This document shows positions 54,801 through 64,000 of a stretch of 64,000 bases of DNA, in pieces. Position 1 is the first letter of the stretch. Every line of letters begins with the position of its first letter. The notes beneath the pieces are model-generated. The model did not search any database. It was not told the DNA's origin and saw nothing but the letters and a program-made list of their open reading frames with translations. Where the stretch lies: positions 1,524,260 through 1,588,259 of the forward strand of contig NW_018408551.1 of assembly GCF_002113885.1 (NCBI RefSeq), in the 5' to 3' direction. The translations under genes and the position numbers were made by a program. Source of the stretch: Mizuhopecten yessoensis (taxonomy: Eukaryota).

Positions 54801-56195
54801 TTTTTAAACTTGATGTTCTTGCTTTCAGTTGTTCTCTTTGTTGTATTATAATTTCTCTTCACTAACTCAGGCGAAATGTTATATACCACGCAGACATACA
54901 TCAGTTCTCAAGTGATCTTAAGTCGATTTGAATTCCGTCAATATCTGTCCTACTCGGTTCGTTTATTAGTTTAAGTCATGTCGAGGTCAGTATGAACTAT
55001 CTGTCATATCGACTGGCTAAGCAGAGTCGTCAATTAATCACACACACGTCATCCACTGACGGCTTCTTCTGACCTCCGATCTTGGAAGTAGGCGGGGGGT
55101 CAGGCCGGTGCCGATGATGCTGGTTTTTATCTTATTTTGTTGCTTATAGTATCGGTTGCATAGCCCGATTTTGCGTATATATAGACTTAGGCAATATTCT
55201 ATTTTTCATTTTTATCTATTTGATCTATTTTGCCTTAGTTTTTCTACCAATTTATCATTTTAATAATATTTAAATGTTACATTGCATATAAATAAATATG
55301 AAAAAAATTGACAGCACCATGAGACATGAAACATTTGATCAATATTTATCGATAATTTGCATTTCTGGAATGCCACTGAAAAAAAACAACCAAAAAAAAA
55401 TAAAAAAATCTAAACAACATTTCTTTACTGATGAATTATGAATAATATCAAACATATAAATTGCCTTAGTTTTATCGACCTTAATAAACACATAGTTAAT
55501 TAGTTTACGCCATGTCACATGAAATAACGATGAATTTGGGTAATTGAATTAGTGATTATGACTTGTTGTGAGAGGGGAATATCAACTCAATGACAACGAG
55601 GCCGTCATGCAACAACTCGTGAACAACACCAAAATATTATGTAAACTTGAGGTTTTTGAAGTAAAACCATTTTTCATGATGAAATACTTATCATTACTTT
55701 AAAATGCATATGCAATACCTACACCTATCTTTGTGGCCCAAAAACAAAAGATTCAAATATCCCTACCTCCCTACCGTTACGTAACCCATATCTCGATGAC
55801 AGAGCCACGGAGTGATCTCCCTTCCTCAAACCCCTTTTATGGAGCCTAACGGCAGCCGGGATGAGGAGGCAAGGGGAGGAATACAGGGTGGGACTCCATA
55901 AAGTTACGGTAAGTATTACATCATGACAATTGTTTTTACTTCAAAAAACACAATTTCATTTCAGTAATAATTACCATAACTTTAGTATGCTAATTCGTCT
56001 TACCATATTGGAAGCTTCGAATCCAGGCAGACCAGGCTGACGGAACAAACTCGAGACATGCTCAAGATAGGAAAAAGGTTCAAGCAATCCCTTTAATAAA
56101 GCCCCAAAAGTAATTAAAACATTGAAAACTTCCCCGTGAAACGAGCAGGTGTACCACCGTGGTGCCTGATAACATACTATTTAAAAGTCACTGAA

Positions 56196-56405
56196 TTACT
56201 GTGAAGGAACAGCCACAGACTGTGCAACCACCACCGGTCCAGGGGAATACAATCCATCAGAATGGGCAGCCAAGGACTGGAGATAAAAATCAGTGAAGGT
56301 AGTCTGTCCGCGCCAGAAAGACGCGGACATTACCTCCTAAAAGGGGGAGCCATTGAGGAGAGCACATGACGTGGCAAGGGCCCTGCTCTGATGAGCTCTC
56401 ACCTT
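56196..56405 (-). pseudogene. DIRS tyrosine recombinase C-terminal remnant (not in the ORF track)
   Basis: KVRAHQSRALATSCALLNGSPF*EVMSASFWRGQTTFTDFYL...PGPVVVAQSVAVPSQ*: HxxR, W and catalytic Y motif with one internal stop. Confidence 0.85.
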
Positions 56406-56409
56406 ATAC

Positions 56410-57500
56410 AACGCCCAGCATGCATTCCCTCCCAATCCAGAGACAGAGCGTCCACGGCCCAAGCCCTTGGATCTGGAACCGGAAAGACAAACGTTGGCAA
56501 CTGATTGCTCAGTAAAGTGGCGAAATTCCCTCGAAAATCGAGGGCTTCAGTTGCCACTCTGTCAAAACCGGCTGGCGGCGCCTGGAAAGAGTATCCGCCA
56601 AAACATTTAATCTGCCTGGAAGATGCTTGACACAAATTGTCAAGGGTGTGAGACCTGGTTTCCCCTGTCTCTCCAGATACGCGACATTTGAAGTGCTGTC
56701 CGTAGCCACACAAACCACCTTGGAATGAAGGATCTCCCGTAGAGACTGCAAAGCCAACAGAACAGTCCTCATCTCGAGCACATTGATGTGATCCGAGAGC
56801 TGTTCCCCAGACCACTCCCCCGACCGGCAATGCCCTTCGATGTAAGCTCCCCTCCCTGTCATGGATGCATCCGTGTACAGGGTCGTAGTGGGAACCGGCT
56901 TGGACAAAGGAACCCCTCGGAGAACATTGTCCTGATGAGTCCACCAGCGTGCGAACTTCCTGACCGACTGGTTCAAAGGAAGCAAGGCTTCCCAATCCCG
57001 TGAAAAAGGGACCCAGTTGGTAAGGAGAAACATCTGGAGAGGCCTGATGTGAAGCATCCCTAAGGGAACCACATCGGCCTGGGCGTTGCGATATCCCAGA
57101 AAACTGCGAAACCAACGTACCTGGACTTGAGACCGGCCGATGAATGTCAGAACAAAAGCCCTGGCCTTCTCCTTCGGTGGAAGGGCGATGCCCTGAGCCG
57201 TAATGAAACGGTTCCCAAGGAAAACAAAATCCTGAGATGGAGAAACTTCCGACTTTTCTCTGGAAGGAATAAGGTGACATTGAGTAAGACTTTCAGAACC
57301 AACCGGGTGACCTGCACCAGAGACTCTCTCACTAGGTGGAGCATGAGTGAATCGTCTAAATATATGTGAACAGTGCAGGAATCCCACGACCACCTGCAAC
57401 AGCTTGGCGAAAACCAAAGGTGCAGTCGTGAGTGCGAACGGCATGACCCGTTGGACGTAAAGCGGAGATACTTCTTGATGGGGATGTGGAAGTCGCCGGC
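56410..57500 (-). pseudogene. DIRS pol remnant (RT - RNase H - start of the methyltransferase-like domain), frameshifted
   Basis: DFHIPIKKYLRF, MPFALTTAPLVFAKL, IYLDD (shifted frame), FVFLG, LYTDAS, HINVLEM, VATDST, HLPGRLNVLADTLSR, and FATLLSNQLPTFVFPVPDPRAWAVDALSLDW. Confidence 0.9.
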
Positions 57501-60061
57501 CCCCTGTCTAGCAAACCCAATACATGGGGAGAAACCCCTAGTGTCCCGGCCAAATGACACTCCGGGCCGGACCTAATAGGACCGGATCCGGGTAACTGAC
57601 CGGGAGGGTAAGCCTGACCAGCATTGATGCCGGGATTAGTGAGCTGAGCGTCACTAATCCCGGTAGACACAGGCAATCCCGAAAGACAGTCTGTAGTCAC
57701 ACCAGGACCTTAACCCGAAAGAACAGGCCCGGCACCAAGACTGTCCCCGACGACAACATCACCTGGCAGCCGGTAGTCCCTACCGGCCAATTCGACCCTG
57801 GGCTGTGCCAAGCCAGGGTCGGGCTTCCCCTCTCCTACTCCAGGGAGTTCCTGAACAGGAAGGACCACCCCCTGTGCACGAGAGGGACTCACCGAACCGA
57901 GACAGGAACAGTGACAGTGCCATCAGACCCCAGAGACCTGGTGGCACGACCCCTACATCTCTGCTTCCCTCGCTTACCGGAAGAAGCAGACGAATCTCTC
58001 TTACGGCAAGCTGAGGGTCGCTTAGGAACAATGTCCTGAGATTCAGTCTGTGAACAAAGTTCACAAGGCGAAACCTCACTGCAAGGACAACATTGGGGAA
58101 AAGCATCGTGAGGGTCCCGTTTCACGAAGGAATGGGAACACCCATGAACTGTCGCCCGTCGTTGTCCCGACCGATATATACCCTCCAAAGCGAAAGTAAA
58201 CAAAGTTTACAAGCAGACAAACACGGGAAAAAATGATAAAATACGATAGTACAAAGTACGCAAAGTAGAAAGAATTTCACCCGTAATATAAATCCGAAAC
58301 GGTTAAAATAAATAACGTTTGCCGAAACAAACAACCGTCACTGAAATAAACAGAGGTCGGAAATTTACACCACTAATGGCGGACCGCGTGGCACAACACC
58401 GGCACACGTAGAGTAAAATAACCGGCCGAAAAAGGCACGAAAAATATGTTTTCAACAACCAATATTTGTAGTTATAAGGGCAGATGGGTATAAAGCACAC
58501 AAACTGCACAATAAATTGAGTTGACACTCAAAGCTAGCTCCAAGCCGTCAGCAGTCAGCAGGCAGCAGGCAGCAGGCGCCATAAAAGGAAGAGGAAGGGA
58601 GATCACTCTGTGGCCCTGTCATCGGGATATGGGTTACGTAACGGTAGGGAGGTAGGGATATTTGAATCTTTTGTTTTTGGGCTACAAAGATGGGTGTAGG
58701 TATTAAATATGCATACTTATGGTAATTATTTCTGAAATGAAAATGCTATATTGAAGTAGTGTTCCGCCAGTTTGTTGCACGCTACACTGTTATCTGAAAT
58801 CATTTCCTATTTAGTTTCTCATTATATCTCCATGAAATAAAATCCACCTAGTCTAACAGCTGTTGTCACAATATCAAATATCTACAGATAACCAACGTAA
58901 AAATATAAATTTGGAAAATAAAAGACGTAACACTACTTTCAGTTGAGATACATTTATCATTTTTGTTGGTACTGCAATCAACCTAGCATCAACTTAATCA
59001 TTGAAGTGTTGATTGATTTAATGATCTGTCATAAATAAGGAATAGATGCCACGACAAATTGATTTCATTAGACATAACTGCATGGTAATTCGACTTTCTC
59101 TAGTCCCACGTTTACAGCGTCGAAATATTCATCTTGTAAACCGACGGATGAGGTGCGGGTGGATCTTGTCCAATTTATCGGTCAGCACATGGGCCAGATC
59201 CTGTAAGTTAGACGTCTTGTTTTCATGTTTCCTATCGCGTTCAACAAGAGTATGTAGATTCAACAGCGGTTCCAGCGGTCATTACACAGGGTCTGCCTCA
59301 TACATAGCCCTTCCCCTCTGAAATTTAAATAGCTGCAGCATAATGAAATGCGTATCGGTGATTGGGTACCATAAAATCACGTTTAGCCGTTAACGAACAG
59401 CACCAGGAACTATTGGGCCAAATATCGATTTTAAGGGTTGATTAATTTGAATGAATAATATTTCACTTTGTAGGTATTCAACTTCCAAATCTGTACGCGA
59501 CATACATGTAACACGTCATTTTAGTTTTACTGAAATAGAGGTAGCCCACCGGAAAAAACGTCCTTTTCGTTTTTGTCGAAATTATAGAGGATAATTTATG
59601 GTTTCCCGTTGGATACCAGATCTATTTTACGGGTTTAGTAGAATACATATATTTTTCAAGAATGCGAAACACGAGTGAAAATATCGATATACTCTGCCAT
59701 ATGAGTTAAATAATACACAGTGATTAATGGGAAAACCTGAAGTGCACATAAGGTAAATGATATTTACTGCAATATGTAATGCTTGAACGACTTTTGAACG
59801 GTCATTAACTGCAGTAGAGTGATTGAATATAAAAGAAATACCAGATAAATCTGTTAAATTTGCAATTCTAATTTTCAAATATTGGTTCAAATTTATTCAA
59901 TTTTAAGATTGGCCATATGTGTTTAATATCTTGTTTATTTGATAGTTTTTAATGGCATAAATATCATGAAGACAGTAAATTTCCAATTCAGACTCTCTCT
60001 ATATATAAATATTATACAAACAGAAAAATTATCCTTACGGAAGAAGAAATAATGTAAAAAA

Positions 60062-60192
60062 GAAAAATTCTCAACAACGAGTCTTAAGCACTTTCATCCC
60101 TTCTAGGAGATTATTCAGTCTTATGTATTTCTGAAGAATCTCCTAGAAGAGATGAAAGTACTAAATAAAAGACTCGTTGTTGATAATTTTTC
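60062..60192. ncRNA. Palindrome of two opposed minimal hammerhead-ribozyme motifs (Penelope-type remnant)
   Basis: Plus strand 60131-60162: CUGAAGA-AUCUC-CUAGAA-GAGAU-GAAA-GUAC-UA. The minus copy is mutated (CUGAAUA...GAAAGUGCUU). Arms 60062-60118 and 60131-60192; (TA)n immediately downstream. Confidence 0.65.
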
Positions 60193-60339
60193 GTTATATA
60201 TATATATATATATATAAACAACAATATTCAGCTTCGCAGGCGGTTGATATGGGCGAATCTCTCGGGAGTCCGCGGGCCGACATGTGTTCAAGGTAAACCT
60301 AAATAGATTTACATGGAAAACATTTTAACGTTATATGGC

Positions 60340-60920
60340 TTGGATTCGGTTATACGATGTACACTCAGTTATACTGTGTACACTCGGTTATACGGTGTAC
60401 ACTCAGTTATACTGTGTACACTCGGTTATACGGTGTACACTCAGTTATATGGCGTACATTCAGTTATACTGTGTACACTCGGTTATACGATGTACACTCG
60501 GTAATATGGCGTACACTCGGTAATATTGCGACACTCGATTATTTGGCGTACATTCAGTTATACTGTGTACACTCGGTTATACGAGGTACATTCGGTAATA
60601 CGGTGTACACTCGGTTATACGGTGTACACTCGGTAATATGGTGAACATTCAGTTATACGGTGCACACTCGGCTATACGGTGTACACTCAGTTATATGGCG
60701 TACATTCAGTTATACGGTGCACACTCGGTTATATGGTGTACACTCGGTAATATGGCGTACACTCGGTAATATGGCGTACCCTCGGTAATATGGCGTACAC
60801 TCGGTAATATGGCGTACACTCGGTAATATGGTGTACACTCGGTCATATGGCGTACACTCGGTAATATGGCGTACACTCGGTAATATGGCGTACATTCGGT
60901 AATATGGTGTACACTCGGTA
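60340..60920. repeat. 19-bp minisatellite (gtacactcggtaatatggc / gtacactcggttatacggt), ~30 copies
   Basis: Period 19; explains the five repetitive ORFs at 60313-60924. Confidence 0.95.
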
Positions 60921-63900
60921 TCATATCTTACTCTTAGTGATACGTTGTACAGTTGGTACTAGGTCGTCTCCTTTCTTTTATATCGACGCTTGATAAATAG
61001 TCCTATTCTTTGATATACAAAATGTACTTCGTACACTAGGTGATATGATATACTTCGTACACTAGGTGATATGTGGTTCAATGTGTAATATATTGAACAT
61101 TTTGTAATCTATCGTGAAACCTGACACTTTGTAATAGTCTTAAACTCTGAAATACGTCATAGAGACTGAACATGTTATAACTGGTCCCATACTCTGCATT
61201 ATTTTGTTTTCATGAATAGAAGGAAACAAGCATATCACGACGATCTCGAATTCATGTACACAAAAAATCGCCAAAGCAATGTTGTAAAATTCTTTCTACA
61301 AAAATACATTGAAAGTTGCAAATTGTACGATTTCATATAAAGGAATTACAGTTTATATTGAGACCGCAAGGAAAGTGATATATCAATTATGTTATATGCA
61401 CGTGAACCGAAAGAGCACAAGCACGTGGATCCAATGCGTGTACAATAATATTAAAGGAAATGAGCGGTAATCAGCTTTGTCAAACAGTACCATCATTCCA
61501 AGTTTAAAAGAAATTTAGGATATAGATGAAAGAAATTCATTAGGAAAAGTTGGCCTTTATTTCGAGCATTGCTTGTAAATCACATGGTTATCACGGAAAT
61601 GGTACATTGACAACAATAGGAATACTGGTCACGGCATATGTGTATCATGTCATTGGAACTGTGACATATCGTTACTATAATTTGTTGTGAGCTCTAGATC
61701 TTTTCGTCAAAGGAAACCATAAGTATGTAAGAATTATCCAAAATCAGTATTAATTATTTTTAAATTCAACTCCTATGGTCTTCTGAATGTGTAGATTTAA
61801 GTTCTGAAGATTGACGTCAATAAACACGGTCAGTGATACCGCTAGGGTTTGGAAAGGGTTTTCGTAATAAAAACAACAGCATAATTTAACTCTGGTTTAT
61901 GTTTTTATCACGGAGCAATTAGACAAACTGCAATAATATTGACTTTCATTTAAAAATGTACTTTAAGTGAATGGTGGGTATATTCGTCGTAAATAATTCC
62001 ATAAACTAGCTGAAATGAAGGCGTTGTAGCATAAATGTTTCTCAATAAAATGCAGCGTTTATATTTCATCTTAAACGATAATGTACGCTTTAATGATGAA
62101 TGGTAAGTTTTGACAATCAATTTCAACCGTAAAATGACTGCTGAATAAACGACTACAGACCTCTAATATTACCGGAAATACTTCACTTCATTTAATTAAT
62201 TGCAGTGCGTCATTGTAAGTGCTATTTTTGCTGTAATACTGGCAATGTCGCTTCATCAAGAGCACTCAGGCGTTTGTACACATTCCGAAATACATTAATC
62301 TTGTTCAATTCTATCAATCATTTAAATGACCTAGGTTGATAGAGCAAAGATCAATACTATAAGGGGAACCAATTAACTGTCTGGGGATTTAAGATTTGTG
62401 AGCATGTCTATCAGCCTATGGCGATTTCCATATTCGGGGAAATGTACTTGTTATTACAAGGTATTAAACTAGGCTGGAAGGCACATCTGAAAGCCATATC
62501 AGTGTCATAGTGTATGAATTAAAAGCTGCCTACAGCAAATAATCAGAAATAGGTATAATTGGATTAATAAAGAAATGCAAATTCCTACGAAAACTATGTT
62601 CTTTTATTTGTAGAAATAACAAACATATATTGCAATATTGTATTGGTCAGACTCACCTTAATGAACAACCAATTACTTCGGTTTCCAGTCAGAAAATATT
62701 ATTCATATTGAATTTTCTGGTCTTTGAAAATCGGGACATTTATAGCTTCGTCTATTCAAAAACAAAGTGGTGATTGATTGTATCACAACAACATAATAGA
62801 AAATAAATAATAAAGAAAGAAAACAACGAAGACCTCTGACAAGTTAAATGTAAATAAATTATTGTGATGTAATTGAGGTTATTGGTGCTATTTTCCATTA
62901 TTGGCGTGACGTTTGATTTTTATTTTACCGTCAGCAAATGAATAATTCGATCTTGTAGGGAAAAAATGATATCCTCACAAACGTTGCAAAAGTGTCTCTT
63001 TATGTACATATGAAATATTCCAATGTAATATCCCTCATTGATTACAGCAAAATGATAATCGACAATTTAAAGATCAAAATCTAAAGAAAAAATAATCTCA
63101 TAAACCATCAGAGATTAAATCAGGATTTACTAAAACCTCATACCTGGAAATGAGGACATGATGACTGTACAGTTTATTCGGCGTAGATTGAAAGATGACC
63201 GATAGAAAGCCCTGGCTATGTAGTTAGTTCGTCAACAGGATTAAAGATACTTAGACATGTAAGTGCAAAAGGCAGGACTGGTGAGTATGTTACTACTGAA
63301 GACAAAAGTAACTGACAGTAGTCAAATCAATTTCGTCACATTTATCTTAGAACTTTTCAGCGAGATGACCATTGTTGTAATGTATATTACGGTTAACGTT
63401 ATCTGAATCTGTAGATGAGGAAACTATGATGATTTTCAAAAGAATGCAAATAAATGAAAAGAATGTGTTTCTCAGAATTCAAGATTTCAATATAAAAATG
63501 CTTAAGAGGTCAAAAGATGGAAAAACACGTTTTCTTGAACAACTTCCAACGAGTCTTTTGTACAATAATATGTATTTGTTTGTATAGTTGTTAGTTTTTT
63601 TCATCTCTCAACCCAATATAATATCCTAACCCCTACACGGCTTGTCGCCTTTTGTCCAAATCTTGTTAAGAAGGTTCTTTGAAATTCAGTTATTTTGAAA
63701 TTTGCTATAATGTAACGCAATCCGATTATCAAATGTGGCTTCACGCTATTGTTTTCTTTGTGACGACATACTCAAAACTTCTGTCTTACGCTGACATTAA
63801 AGGAGCAGGTGCTTCTATCGGATGCTTCCTAGACGTCCGTATAAGGTGGATTTTCAAAATGAAGTTATTTTTTCATCGCGACCTTGAATTTTATACACAA

Positions 63901-64000
63901 CTTTACAATCAGCATAGTGGTACTGATTAACAGTTTGCGCATTTTGCCATTGTAAACATATTACCAGTTTTATCGCACGTCAATCAAAATTGTTTTCCTT

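Larger units (their letters stand above)
55650..58745 (-). mobile_element. DIRS1-type tyrosine-recombinase retrotransposon, internally deleted, termini intact
   Basis: Inverted terminal repeats 55714-55827 and 58591-58704 (5 mismatches in 114 bp by hand). Internal complementary region ~55900-55990 matches both outer ends. RT, RNase H, MT and YR remnants lie between, in DIRS order. Confidence 0.93.

Noticed and set aside
59046-59321. GC-richer stretch with splice-like sites as an exon
   Set aside because: No recognisable protein in any frame and no partner exons found.

Overview
AT-rich, intron- and repeat-rich animal DNA, most likely from a mollusc (bivalve-like; inferred from the neuropeptide and the repeat families). 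Most short ORFs in the track are noise. The one host gene I can reconstruct is a minus-strand GGNamide/excitatory-peptide (CCHamide-family) precursor that the ORF track fragments. It has three coding exons over 27.7 kb (29131-29053, 14446-14405, 1704-1436) with canonical GT-AG phase-1 introns. It gives a 129-aa prepropeptide: signal peptide + GKCRGRWSIHACLGGN + GKR + acidic tail, and a 42-bp micro-exon encodes most of the mature peptide. The rest is mobile-element debris and tandem repeats: an internally deleted DIRS1-type retrotransposon with intact ITRs and ICR (55650-58745), decayed Penelope-like RT fragments, two palindromic minimal-hammerhead elements next to (TA)n, a miniature LTR element with a tRNA-like sequence in its LTR, two tRNA-SINE copies, a dispersed non-autonomous element and several minisatellites. 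There is a 50-N gap at 17884-17933.
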